Of a stretch of DNA of 33,229 nt, positions 16,117 to 25,707 are shown piece after piece. The first letter of the stretch is position 1; each line of letters starts with the position of its first letter. The DNA lies in IMG/VR virus record IMGVR_UViG_3300020202_000177, positions 1 to 33,229 of that record. The stretch is one strand, 5' to 3'. This stretch comes from a virus (lineage: Duplodnaviria > Caudoviricetes). A program made the translations under genes and the position numbers. The notes beneath the pieces were generated by a model. It saw only the letters and a program-made list of their open reading frames with translations. It was not told the origin of the DNA and searched no databases.

Positions 16117-16457
16117 TTCCCGCAGAAGAAATTATTCAAAAAGTAGGAAAAAAAGAGTTTCAGAAGATGGCGACCAATCAACAGCGCGGACAAAGAATGG
16201 TAGATATTAAAAACCTCAGACGATGGGGAAAGGGTGATGTTTGGTTTCGCATTTGCGAACACGGAAACGTCACCATAAGAAAAGGCGAACCGACCAAAGA
16301 TTGCAAACCATGTTTAAAGTCTACAGGGGTGACGAAACTAAGAGACTTTGAAGAGCATTTTAATTTAGGCATTGGCGGTTATGTGACCAGTAAACGGGAT
16401 ATGAAAGAATCAGCAAAAAAATTAGGACTTGTGCCTATCGGATCGGACGGAATATGA
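16113..16457 (+). CDS. Hypothetical protein following the portal
   Basis: ATGA overlap; CxH..CxxC and G.YVTSKRD...K.GL..IG pattern. Confidence 0.7.
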   Translation: MIPAEEIIQKVGKKEFQKMATNQQRGQRMVDIKNLRRWGKGDVWFRICEHGNVTIRKGEPTKDCKPCLKSTGVTKLRDFEEHFNLGIGGYVTSKRDMKESAKKLGLVPIGSDGI

Positions 16458-16627
16458 AATTTAAAATTGCAGTTACCGTTTTTTTACAAGAAGACGGGAA
16501 TATAGGCATTCAAACAACGTCTAAAAACCAGATTACCACTTTGGGACTTTTGGAAGCTGGAAAAGCGGTTTTGTTAACGCAGCTTCAACCGTCTGAAGAG
16601 TCCAGAATCGTAGTGCCTGAATTATGA
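16454..16627 (+). CDS. Hypothetical protein (57 aa)
   Basis: ATGA overlaps on both sides; TLGLLEAGK motif. Confidence 0.6.
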   Translation: MKFKIAVTVFLQEDGNIGIQTTSKNQITTLGLLEAGKAVLLTQLQPSEESRIVVPEL

Positions 16628-16833
16628 AAGACGACGAATTAATTCAATATGAATATCGTCTAGTGATTTTTGATCGGATTATCGAAGAAAAGATTAAACA
16701 AAATCCCGATGCTTACGGTGGCAAAGGAAAAGAATATGCCCTTGTTGATGCTTTAAACGACTTAGGAAAAGAAGGGTGGGATGTTTACGCAATTAACGGC
16801 GATTGTTTTGCAAAAAGGCCGCTAAATGCGTGA
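16624..16833 (+). CDS. DUF4177-like small protein
   Basis: YEYRLV...LNDLGKEGWDVYAI pattern. Confidence 0.6.
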   Translation: MKDDELIQYEYRLVIFDRIIEEKIKQNPDAYGGKGKEYALVDALNDLGKEGWDVYAINGDCFAKRPLNA

Positions 16834-16930
16834 AGCTTTAACCCATGTCTTAGGCATTATAAAAACTTTTGAGAAATATTTTCCAGGTTTTGAAAAGAGA
16901 GTTTTAGAAACACTTTTAAAAAATAAGTAA
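16826..16930 (+). CDS. 34-aa hypothetical protein
   Basis: AAGG RBS; MREALTHVLGIIKTFEKYFPGFEKRVLETLLKNK. Confidence 0.4.
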   Translation: MREALTHVLGIIKTFEKYFPGFEKRVLETLLKNK

Positions 16931-16938
16931 TACAGACT

Positions 16939-17031
16939 CATTCAGCGTCTTTCGGCCACGCTAGCTTTAATAAGTTGTGGTAGACGCTCAATCAGCCCAG
17001 TTAAGACTAATAATCTTGACTGGGCTTTTTT
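16939..17031 (+). terminator. Tandem hairpin leader ending in an intrinsic terminator upstream of scaffold/capsid genes
   Basis: AGCGTCT/AGACGCT stem, then AGCCCAGTTAAGA/TCTTGACTGGGCT stem plus T run. Confidence 0.75.
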
Positions 17032-17085
17032 ATTAAACAGACCAAGCCGTGAATGAACGGCAGTCCACCAAGAAAAGGAAACGAA

Positions 17086-17979
17086 ATGTCAGAGGACATA
17101 GAACCAGAAACAGGAACACCAGAGACTACGACGGTAGAAGCTGATTCCGGTTATGGGGACATACTCAAGGGCGAAGGTGTCACGCCTCAAGATGATTCCA
17201 GTGTGCAGCCCGAAGTCCAAGAACCCGAAACCGATCAGCAATTAGAGACGACAGACCCCGAGATAGTTTTGCGTGAAGGTCTTAAAGCGAAGTTGTCCGA
17301 AATTGAAGAATGGCAAAAAGGTTATTTGCGACAGAAGGATTACACACAAAAGACTCAGGAAATAGCACAGCAAAGAAAATCTTTTGAGCAAGCTTTTGGA
17401 AAACTGCCACAGTCTCAGGAACTAGCTAATCTTGGGAAACTTTATCAGCAGTATTTTAAAAGCCCCGACGTTAAGGCAGCAATCGATGCGGTTTTAGCCG
17501 GAAAGAACCTGAGAGAAATCTTTGCGGGTGATAACCAGACTCCAAAACAGCCCCAGGACGTTTATGTTCAAACCCTCGAAGCGAAGATTCAAGAGCTTGA
17601 GTCTAAGCTTGACCATTTCTCCACCTCTTTTGAAGAGAGAGAACAGGAAAGAGGCGTTAGTGAGGCCCAAAAAGTTTTCGAGTCATGGAAGGCCGACAAA
17701 AAATCGAAGGCCAATGTAGACGTAACCGAGGAAATAGATGCTGAGATGGCTTATTTCATCCCGAGCATCAAACAAAAGCACCCGGACTGGGATGCAAATA
17801 AAATCCTTGATGAAGCCTACCGCCACGCAACGATTGACCAGCAGGGACAACGGATAGCATCTCAAGTTGTTCAAAACGCCGAGACTTTAAAAACGAAACC
17901 GGCTCCGAAGATCAATTCAAAGGCTCCCCTAATTCCTGAAGATAAAAAAGGGTATGCAGAAATTTTTCTAAATAGATAA
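17086..17979 (+). CDS. Capsid scaffolding protein
   Basis: Acidic N-terminus; GYLRQKDYTQKTQEIA motif; directly precedes the capsid gene; AAGGA RBS at 17086. Confidence 0.85.
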   Translation: MSEDIEPETGTPETTTVEADSGYGDILKGEGVTPQDDSSVQPEVQEPETDQQLETTDPEIVLREGLKAKLSEIEEWQKGYLRQKDYTQKTQEIAQQRKSFEQAFGKLPQSQELANLGKLYQQYFKSPDVKAAIDAVLAGKNLREIFAGDNQTPKQPQDVYVQTLEAKIQELESKLDHFSTSFEEREQERGVSEAQKVFESWKADKKSKANVDVTEEIDAEMAYFIPSIKQKHPDWDANKILDEAYRHATIDQQGQRIASQVVQNAETLKTKPAPKINSKAPLIPEDKKGYAEIFLNR

Positions 17980-17989
17980 GGGTTAAATC

Positions 17990-19021
17990 ATGTTTCTTTT
18001 CAACCTATTAGTTAAATCAGTGCTTCGCATGTGCGTCATGACAGCATTTGATTTGACAGCGGTCAATGCTTCAACCCGCGCGAGAATCGAAAAGAAATGG
18101 CAAGACAACCTGAGTGTAAAAACCCCTCTGATGATGCGTTTCAAAGAAGAAGGTGGAATGCAGTTGATCGGCGGCGGTACTGAACTCAGTTTTCCTGTTA
18201 TTTCTGATGATGGCAACGCGGGAAGCTACCAGGGCGATGATATTTTGAATATCTCCCGTCCGGGTGGTTTGATTAAATTAACGTATAACTGGAAACAGTT
18301 CTATTCAACCGTCCGAATCGATGGCCTTGAAGAAATTCAAAACGCCGGAGAAGAGGAAGCGGCTTCCGTTTATGAAGGTCGTTTTGCGCAAGCTGAAACA
18401 ACGACTATTAATAAATTCGAAGAAATGCTTTTCGGTGATGCGACTGGTAACCAGTCTAAGGATTGGAACGGTTTACGTGCTCTTGTGGCTGATGATCCGT
18501 CCACCGGCACTATTGGTGGTCAGTCTCGCGCTACAAACACGCAGCTTCGTAACCAAGCGAATACAACCGCCGTTACAGCTTTCAACACCTCGCAGAATGG
18601 ACGCAGCGTACTCACCAATTTATACGCCTCTTGCGTTCAAGGAATTCGCAAACCGAATTTCATTTCCACGACACAGGCCATTTGGGTTCTTTATAACCTT
18701 TCATTGACGTCTAATGAACGGTTTATTCCGGAGAATTCAAAGAAGCTTGCAAACGCTGGATTTGATGTTGTCGCGTTTATGAATGCTCCTGTCACCATGT
18801 CGGCAAAATGCCCGGCCTCTCACTTGTACATGCTCCGCATTGCGAAGCCTAAGAGTGACGGCGGTATTTTCCTTCTTATTTCTAAAGATCGTAACTTCAA
18901 ACTAGGTAAGTTCATCGAACCGGCAGACCAAGATTTTATTGTTGCGAAGGTTTTGACGGCTGGCGAACTTGCCACCGATGCCCCGTATTTACAGGGCGTC
19001 GCAACGAACATCACAGGTTAA
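17990..19021 (+). CDS. Major capsid protein (HK97 fold)
   Basis: 343 aa after the scaffold; GGTELSFPV, EEMLFGDATG..KDWNGL and GTIGGQSRA patterns. Confidence 0.88.
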   Translation: MFLFNLLVKSVLRMCVMTAFDLTAVNASTRARIEKKWQDNLSVKTPLMMRFKEEGGMQLIGGGTELSFPVISDDGNAGSYQGDDILNISRPGGLIKLTYNWKQFYSTVRIDGLEEIQNAGEEEAASVYEGRFAQAETTTINKFEEMLFGDATGNQSKDWNGLRALVADDPSTGTIGGQSRATNTQLRNQANTTAVTAFNTSQNGRSVLTNLYASCVQGIRKPNFISTTQAIWVLYNLSLTSNERFIPENSKKLANAGFDVVAFMNAPVTMSAKCPASHLYMLRIAKPKSDGGIFLLISKDRNFKLGKFIEPADQDFIVAKVLTAGELATDAPYLQGVATNITG

Positions 19022-19031
19022 GGAGAAAACC

Positions 19032-19541
19032 ATGAAAAAGATTATTTTTAGTCTTTTTGTTGTGTTCGCACTCCTTAGCGTTGCCAATCCTGCCCATGCT
19101 TTGCTTTGCAAATCCGGTCAGGCGGGTAACAGTGATGAGTGCTGGACTGAAGTAAAAGTATCTTCGGCAGAAACGAACGTCGTATCCGCTGGTGCGGTTC
19201 TTATGTACGACATTACGACTGATTCCGCAGATACGAATGCGTATCAGGTTGTTCTTACAACGGCTTCCCTTGATGCTCACAGAGTTGCCGGTGTTGCCCA
19301 AAGCATAATTGCTACAGGCGATACAGGTTTAATTCTTGTGAAAGGAAAAGGAAAGTTGAACGTGCATGGAGTTACAGCGACCGGCGACCGCGTCTTTACT
19401 AGCGCGAGCGAAGGACACGCGGGAACCACAATTCCTGCTATGGGCGCAACAAATACATCCTCGGGTGATCCGATTGGTTTTGCTTTGCAAAACTCAACGG
19501 CTGCTCGGGCGACGATTGATGCGTATATCAACGTAATCTAA
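19032..19541 (+). CDS. Capsid decoration/cement-like protein with Sec signal peptide
   Basis: AGGAG RBS; MKKIIFSLFVVFALLSVANPAHA| signal; VAGVA...GDTGLILVKG...GDRV...G...PIGFAL beta-tulip/DUF2190-like pattern; follows the MCP. Confidence 0.7.
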   Translation: MKKIIFSLFVVFALLSVANPAHALLCKSGQAGNSDECWTEVKVSSAETNVVSAGAVLMYDITTDSADTNAYQVVLTTASLDAHRVAGVAQSIIATGDTGLILVKGKGKLNVHGVTATGDRVFTSASEGHAGTTIPAMGATNTSSGDPIGFALQNSTAARATIDAYINVI

Positions 19542-19543
19542 TT

Positions 19544-19578
19544 AAAGGGCGGGGGCCTAAAAATCCCCGCCTTTTTTT
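19544..19578 (+). terminator. Intrinsic terminator after the capsid genes
   Basis: AAAGGGCGGGG/CCCCGCCTTTT hairpin plus T run. Confidence 0.85.
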
Positions 19579-19587
19579 AAAGGAACC

Positions 19588-20781
19588 ATGAATATAGGAA
19601 ACATAGTCACAAAAGGTTTAGAGAGAGCAAAGCTTCCGGTCGGTGATTTTGCCATGCGCGAAATGGCCGTTCAAATGCTCGATGAAATTATTCAAGAGCA
19701 TTATGAATCAAAAAAATGGTCTTTTAGAAAAGGTGTTTTTATTCTTCCGGTAGGGTCAGGCATTGAAGAATACGCTTTAAGTAAATACGTTGCAAGCTGG
19801 AAAGACATTGTACCTCACACGATGCGCGGGTCAAATCCGGCGAGAAAATTACATTTTAAACCCTCACACGAATTCTATAAATCCCATGCTTACGACTTAG
19901 AAAGCGGAACTCCTTATCAATTCAGAGACGGAGAGTTAAGAGGCTTTCAAACACAAGTTTCCGCTGCTTCAACCATTTCTTTCGTGTCTTCTTTAACGAA
20001 CTACACAACCGGAACTGTCTCTGTCATTTACGGTTCAATGAGAGTAGCGATTACAACCGGCTCGGTCACTTTAGACATGTTGGGACGTTGGTTCAGAGTG
20101 GGAACCGATGCGAAGCGTTACAAAATTACACAGATTGAATCATCGTCTGTTTTTTATATTCATGCACCCTATGAAGGCACAACCAACGCAACGGCTTCTT
20201 TTGCGATTGGGGACGTACAACAAAAGGCATTAGTCTCTGGATTTTTAACGACAGGCGCTTTCCACGAAGAAGAAGTCCAATTAAACGGCGCAACCTCTGT
20301 TTCTACGACGCTCACTTTTGCAACGATTACGAGAATTTCAAAGTCAGATAAAACGTATGGTTCAGTGACTGCTACTTCTAACGGTGGAATTATTACGAAT
20401 GTTATTTTAGACCCAGGTGAAACAGAAGCGGATTTTTTTACCGTGAAAATGTATCCGATTCCCTCGGCAGCAGAAAATTTAGAATACGAAGCCTTAATCA
20501 GACACCCTTATTTATACCGGAATACCGATTCTCCTCTTTTTCCGAGTCAGTGGCATCCGTTTTTAGCTTTAGAACTTTATATAAAACTAATGACCGAATG
20601 GCATGAGAAAGAAGTTTCTTTAGAAGTCATTCGACGCCGGGATAACTGGAAGAATGATTTATACGCCAATGACAATAATTTTGATAACTGGGAAGTTTCC
20701 CAAGAAACAGAGTCTATTTCTTTGAGACAAAAAAGTAACAATCTTCCAAATATGTTTGATGTGTCTGATGACGACTTCTAA
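19588..20781 (+). CDS. Head-tail adaptor protein with large inserted beta-rich domain
   Basis: N-terminal helices, WSF and EEYAL; C-terminal YPIP...DSPLFPSQWH..L adaptor pattern; position after the capsid genes. Confidence 0.7.
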   Translation: MNIGNIVTKGLERAKLPVGDFAMREMAVQMLDEIIQEHYESKKWSFRKGVFILPVGSGIEEYALSKYVASWKDIVPHTMRGSNPARKLHFKPSHEFYKSHAYDLESGTPYQFRDGELRGFQTQVSAASTISFVSSLTNYTTGTVSVIYGSMRVAITTGSVTLDMLGRWFRVGTDAKRYKITQIESSSVFYIHAPYEGTTNATASFAIGDVQQKALVSGFLTTGAFHEEEVQLNGATSVSTTLTFATITRISKSDKTYGSVTATSNGGIITNVILDPGETEADFFTVKMYPIPSAAENLEYEALIRHPYLYRNTDSPLFPSQWHPFLALELYIKLMTEWHEKEVSLEVIRRRDNWKNDLYANDNNFDNWEVSQETESISLRQKSNNLPNMFDVSDDDF

Positions 20782-21934
20782 AGACATTTTTCATTATTTA
20801 TTAGGGGCATTTTTGGCAGTGTCTACTTTCTTTTATCTTCCGAACCCTCCGAATATGTCCGTCCCGCAAGCGATGGAAAATTTCTATAACATCCAAGAGC
20901 TTTTTATTCGGTACGGCATCATGGCTTTATTTGGAGTTTCTTTATTTATGAAGCCTGAACGGACGGCGACTTTAAAGACTTTTGCCGGATTCTTTTTATA
21001 CGTCTTAGGCATTAGCTCTTTTATCTCTTTTGACCTTCAGCAAAGACGCGCGATCTTAAATATTTTCTTAGGACTGGTTTTTTACAAAATGATTGTTGAA
21101 CATTTTGACCGACGCTATTTAAAAGTCGTTTCCTTGGCGATCTTGGCCGTGATTGCGGGAAATATTTTATTTTCGATAGGCCAAATTTTTAATGTTGACC
21201 CCTTGTTCCGTCATACCTCGGATACGGTCGTCGGATTCCCTCGGCCTGTAGGGTTAATGAGGCTTGAAGCTCATTTAGGCACACTGGCGGCAATTACAGG
21301 CCCTCTTTTGATGATGATTCATCCGGTTTTAATCGTCACCGTACTCCCTTTATTATTTTGGGGAAGTGCCTCCGCTGCGGTCTTAGCCTTTGTCGTTTCG
21401 ATGGGTTTTTTACTTTATCACCAATTAAATAAAAAAGTATTTTTCGTCCTCTTTGCTCTTTTAGCGGCAGCCGGTCTTTTCTATATCGTCAATTACGACA
21501 TGCCGGGCGGCACGTTTGATTATCGTTTGAAGATTTGGTTTAAGTCTTTGCAAGCCGTCCTTCCTAGAAGTCCTTTTTATGGGCTAGGGATTGGAAGCTT
21601 TGCCCGATGGAGTCCGCAATCGGCGCAAGCGACTAATGATTCGCCCTTAGTCTGGATTTGGGCGCATAACGAATATATTCAGTTACTTTTTGAGCTTGGA
21701 ATTGTCGGAGTTTTCTTTTTTTGGAGATGGTTTAAAGAGCGTTTCCAAGATTTAAGGCGTTGCGTCAAAGACGTTCAATTCCGATACGCCTTTGCCTCTT
21801 TTTTGGGTCTTTCAATCGTTTCCTTTTTCCATTTCCCATTTCATCTTGGCCGCTTGGCGGGTATCTCTCTTTTTTCAATCGCCTTAGTCCATGCGCTTGC
21901 GTTAGATAACGAAAGGACAGTATGCGAATCTTAA
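20768..21934 (+). CDS. O-antigen ligase / O-oligosaccharyltransferase family (Wzy_C) polytopic membrane protein
   Basis: About 11-12 hydrophobic segments; R.KIW...PFYGLGIGSF...WAHNEYIQLLFELGIVG signature with conserved Arg and His; C-terminal FHFPFH. Confidence 0.88.
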   Translation: MTTSKDIFHYLLGAFLAVSTFFYLPNPPNMSVPQAMENFYNIQELFIRYGIMALFGVSLFMKPERTATLKTFAGFFLYVLGISSFISFDLQQRRAILNIFLGLVFYKMIVEHFDRRYLKVVSLAILAVIAGNILFSIGQIFNVDPLFRHTSDTVVGFPRPVGLMRLEAHLGTLAAITGPLLMMIHPVLIVTVLPLLFWGSASAAVLAFVVSMGFLLYHQLNKKVFFVLFALLAAAGLFYIVNYDMPGGTFDYRLKIWFKSLQAVLPRSPFYGLGIGSFARWSPQSAQATNDSPLVWIWAHNEYIQLLFELGIVGVFFFWRWFKERFQDLRRCVKDVQFRYAFASFLGLSIVSFFHFPFHLGRLAGISLFSIALVHALALDNERTVCES

Positions 21935-22221
21935 TTGCTCTTATTTTATTTTACTCTTTTGTAGCCTCCGTTTTTGCATGGCCTGTCCCTGCTCCTAGTT
22001 CCAAATTTATAGCCTCTCAGGACATTATTGCGACCTCTTCCGATAGTCACGCAATAGGTTCTAGTTCTGTTTTTTGGAGAAGCACATTCTCAAGAAATCT
22101 TTATTTACCGGAACGGGCAGAAGCCCCTTCTGTAATCGCAAGTTTTGGCGTGGTATGGGCCTCAACAGATAACCACGTTTATTTTAGAAACGATGCAGGA
22201 ACCACTACGAGACTCAGCTAA
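21922..22221 (+). CDS. Small secreted fibre-like protein
   Basis: AAGGA RBS; MRILIALILFYSFVASVFA| signal; IGSSSVFWRS and P...GVVWASTDNHVYFRNDAG tail-fibre-type motifs. Confidence 0.65.
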   Translation: MRILIALILFYSFVASVFAWPVPAPSSKFIASQDIIATSSDSHAIGSSSVFWRSTFSRNLYLPERAEAPSVIASFGVVWASTDNHVYFRNDAGTTTRLS

Positions 22222-23765
22222 TGAAAGAAATCTATACCCCTGTAGGCGGGATTAATTTAAGGCTTCCCCCCTGGCATAAAGACATGATGACCAGAAAGCA
22301 ATGTGTGTCTTTACGGAATTTAAGGGTGAACGATGAAGTGATCGAATCTATCTTAGGGACTAAGAAATTTCAAAGCACCTCTTTAGGCTCAGACCCTATA
22401 ACAGCCTTGATGCCTTATTACAATGATCAGACGGATGATTATGCTTTACTCATTGCTTCTGGAAAAACGATTTATAAAAAGAATGAACAAACAAATGAAT
22501 TCGATATTTTAAGGTCTGGTTTAAGTTCTAACAGTATTTTTTCGTCGGCAATTCGTCACGGCATTTTGTACATAGCTTCGACTAAAGACGGATTAAAAAA
22601 ATATTCTGGCGGAGCGATTATTGAAGATGTTGGCGCAAACGATACCGCAGCCGGTTCTTTTAGACAGATTTTATATGTGAAAGAAGTCGATCGATTATTC
22701 GGAATTTCAGAAGATGCGATTTTTGGCCAAATTTCATGGTGTGACGCTTCCGAGCCTGAAATATGGGACGCTCTTAACGTTGACCGACTTAAATTAAAAG
22801 ACGGTGAAAAGGTCGAAGGCGCTGAAGTCCTCTATGGAAAGATCGTCATTTTCTGCACGTACTCTGTTTGGATTTATTACATCCAAGGAAATGAAGAAAA
22901 CTGGAAATTAGAAGAAGCCCCCACCACCATCGGATGTGTAGCGCCGAACACTATTAAAAAAGTGGGAAGTGAAATCTGGTACTTTGGAGAGTCCCCGAAA
23001 CATCAATTAGGAATTTATGCTTTTAATGGGTCAACGTCCCGCCTCCTTACGGATGACATTAGCCCACTTTTTGACCGAGCGAATAAAAATAAGCTCCGAA
23101 ACGCTTGTGCGGAACTTCATTCCGATCTTTATACAATTTCCTGGGCCGATGGCTTCTCGGAATTAAATGATATCTCGGTCGACCTAGACACTTTATCTAA
23201 TAAAGAAGATGGAACGCCGGCGATTTACGGGCCGCATGACATAGCCTTTTATTCTTCCGCTGTCTTAAACAACCGTCAGTACAGTAAACAATTTTTAATG
23301 GGCGACCAATCCGACGGATTTGTCTACATGGAAGGTGGGTCTACTTTAAAAAGTATTAACGGAATTGACGGCTCTTTATTACAGGCTCAGTTTAAGTCGA
23401 TGGTTCACAATGAAGGAAGCTTTGATATCACGAAATTATACGAATCGATTCATATTTATTTTAGACCGCGCTCCTTTTTTCAACCGCGTTTAAGACTTTA
23501 TTTTTCTTACGGAAACTACGCCGAAAATCTTGCACTCGATACGACCGTTTTAACTCAAGGGGACTATAACGTTTATGAAAATAGAGTTTTAGGCTCACCA
23601 GAACTTTATCATCATATCGAGTTTCCTGGCATGAGAGGGCAAGGCACTTCTCTACAAATCGAAATCATTAATGACGTATTAGCTCAAAGACTCGCCATTG
23701 AAGGCTACAACTACAAATCAAAGGACTTACATGTCAACCATAAAGCACAAATTTACGCGAATTAG
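22221..23765 (+). CDS. Tail nozzle/hub protein (P22 gp10 / T7 gp12-like beta-propeller)
   Basis: GGIN N-terminus, ISWCDASEPEIW, IGCVAPNTI, GIYAFNG and GTSLQIEI patterns; 514 aa; synteny. Confidence 0.8.
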   Translation: MKEIYTPVGGINLRLPPWHKDMMTRKQCVSLRNLRVNDEVIESILGTKKFQSTSLGSDPITALMPYYNDQTDDYALLIASGKTIYKKNEQTNEFDILRSGLSSNSIFSSAIRHGILYIASTKDGLKKYSGGAIIEDVGANDTAAGSFRQILYVKEVDRLFGISEDAIFGQISWCDASEPEIWDALNVDRLKLKDGEKVEGAEVLYGKIVIFCTYSVWIYYIQGNEENWKLEEAPTTIGCVAPNTIKKVGSEIWYFGESPKHQLGIYAFNGSTSRLLTDDISPLFDRANKNKLRNACAELHSDLYTISWADGFSELNDISVDLDTLSNKEDGTPAIYGPHDIAFYSSAVLNNRQYSKQFLMGDQSDGFVYMEGGSTLKSINGIDGSLLQAQFKSMVHNEGSFDITKLYESIHIYFRPRSFFQPRLRLYFSYGNYAENLALDTTVLTQGDYNVYENRVLGSPELYHHIEFPGMRGQGTSLQIEIINDVLAQRLAIEGYNYKSKDLHVNHKAQIYAN

Positions 23766-25122
23766 TCTATTCATTACTATCCTTATCATGTCATTGATAG
23801 TCAAAAACTATCATTTATTTGCGGCGGTTACGTCTTACGATAATACGTTTGTCGCCAATGACCAATATTCGAGCGATTTTCATACCAGACTAAACGCGAA
23901 TTTTTCCAAGTCTTTAACGGGCGGTATCAATAGCATTTCGAGTGCAAATATTGTCGATGGCACTTTAGCTTCCGGCGATTTTTCAACCGCAGTCAGTCCG
24001 ATCACAAGAACCGCCGAGGGCGCGGCTTGCGAGTATGTTTATACAGGTCTTATTCCAGCGACTTCCGCGAGCCTTACCAGTAACATTTCAGCTGGGACAG
24101 CGTATCCGAAAGGCTACCGTTGCGAAAAGACCTCTGCCACTTCTAAAACCTATACAGCCTCCCGCTGGACTTATGTAGACATTGACCAAAATTGTGACTT
24201 TCAATATTCAGCGGTCACGATTGGCGCGGCGACTCCTTCGGTTGCGTCTAATGCAATCCGAATTGCGAGAGTTTCAACAGATGCCACAACGATTAATACT
24301 GTTTCAGATTTAAGAACCACTTCATGTGCTGATGGGCCATTTTCAAATATTAAAGATGACTCGACCGGGGCAACCTTAGATGATCTTTTAAAATACGGTC
24401 GTCAGAACAGGCCTTATTCCTTGGCGGGAAATAATCCCGTTGGTTATGTCTCAGGCTTAACCGTTTCTTGGGACACTCATACGACTTTTAAAGTCTTGTC
24501 TGGTGCTGCTTATATTGGTGGAGAATACAGAAGAGTTTCTACGGATATTACCGTAACCACTGGAAACGACAACCCGGCCGACGGGACTTCTGGACTTGAT
24601 ACGTCCTCAATCGCGGCAAATACAAATTATCACGTCTACGCCGTAGCCGATCAAGCAGACGTAGCCACTTATTCTATTAGCTATTCCACAACAAACGGCA
24701 CACCGACCGGAGTAACCACAGCGAGAAAAATAGGCTCGATACGAACGGATGCCAACTCTCTTTTTACTTCAACGGATATCGTTTCAACCCATGCAATCAG
24801 ACAAGAAGAGTTAATTTCTGGAATGGTGCGTTTTGATGGTTCAGCGTCCGCGATTAATAACTCCATTACTGGAAGATATAACGTCTCGCTTCTCACAGAT
24901 AATGGGACAGGAGATTACACCGTTGGCTGGAATAATGACTTTCAGACCACAAATTACGCAGTAAGTATCGAATGCGACCAGGGCGGCGGGAGTGGTGGAA
25001 ATGCTAGAACCTTTACTTCAGGCGTCGGAACTCTTCAATTTATTACAACTGCTAATAATGCAGACTCCGCAGCGGATTGTGCAAACATCCACGTTTTAGC
25101 GGTCGGAAATAGGACGGAATAA
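23731..25122 (+). CDS. Tail fibre protein with N-terminal signal peptide
   Basis: AAGGA RBS; hydrophobic leader ending LFA|A; Thr/Ser-rich; C-terminal VRFDG...YNVSLLTDNGTGDYTV...NYAV fibre-tip domain. Confidence 0.75.
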   Translation: MSTIKHKFTRISLFITILIMSLIVKNYHLFAAVTSYDNTFVANDQYSSDFHTRLNANFSKSLTGGINSISSANIVDGTLASGDFSTAVSPITRTAEGAACEYVYTGLIPATSASLTSNISAGTAYPKGYRCEKTSATSKTYTASRWTYVDIDQNCDFQYSAVTIGAATPSVASNAIRIARVSTDATTINTVSDLRTTSCADGPFSNIKDDSTGATLDDLLKYGRQNRPYSLAGNNPVGYVSGLTVSWDTHTTFKVLSGAAYIGGEYRRVSTDITVTTGNDNPADGTSGLDTSSIAANTNYHVYAVADQADVATYSISYSTTNGTPTGVTTARKIGSIRTDANSLFTSTDIVSTHAIRQEELISGMVRFDGSASAINNSITGRYNVSLLTDNGTGDYTVGWNNDFQTTNYAVSIECDQGGGSGGNARTFTSGVGTLQFITTANNADSAADCANIHVLAVGNRTE

Positions 25123-25123
25123 T

Positions 25124-25525
25124 ATGAATAAAACCCTTATTTTAATCGTTGCAATTTATTTAGTCATTCTTAGTTTTGTTTTCCCTTCTTTCGCGGATGA
25201 AATCTTTGCCGTCGAAAAGCCGGATGGGAGCTTAGCGATTCATTATTACTTAGGCGGCGGGAAGTCTTTAGAAAAGACATTAGAGCAGGTCGGCTTTAGC
25301 GGTTATCCCATTCACAGGATCACCGAAAGAGACTTACCGGCTTCAAGAGCCGACCGAAAATATTGGAAATGGTCAAATGGACGAATTGAAATCGATACCG
25401 TTAAAAAAGCCGTAGATATTCAAAAAGAAAATGAAAAGATTCAAAAAAAAGAAGCGGTTCTAACTAAATTAAAAATTGATGATGAAGAATTAAAATCTTT
25501 GAAATACGCCTTGGACAAAATATGA
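25124..25525 (+). CDS. Tail-fibre assembly chaperone-like protein with signal peptide
   Basis: MNKTLILIVAIYLVILSFVFPSFA|DE; I...DLPASRADRKYW motif typical of genes that follow this fibre-tip family. Confidence 0.6.
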   Translation: MNKTLILIVAIYLVILSFVFPSFADEIFAVEKPDGSLAIHYYLGGGKSLEKTLEQVGFSGYPIHRITERDLPASRADRKYWKWSNGRIEIDTVKKAVDIQKENEKIQKKEAVLTKLKIDDEELKSLKYALDKI

Positions 25526-25698
25526 CCTTTAGATTCAGACCCGGAATTAACCCTGAAGAACAGTTAAAAGAAATTGAAAAATCTTTCGGGCTTCAAAATT
25601 TAAATGACGTTGAAATTGTCGAAGAGTCGGGAACTCATTATTTATATTTATTTACAGACACTAAAAAATTCAAAGTAGCACTTACACAGGTTTCATAA
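25522..25698 (+). CDS. Hypothetical protein (58 aa)
   Basis: ATGA overlap; fills the gap up to the next RBS. Confidence 0.6.
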   Translation: MTFRFRPGINPEEQLKEIEKSFGLQNLNDVEIVEESGTHYLYLFTDTKKFKVALTQVS

Positions 25699-25707
25699 GG
25701 AGAGAAT

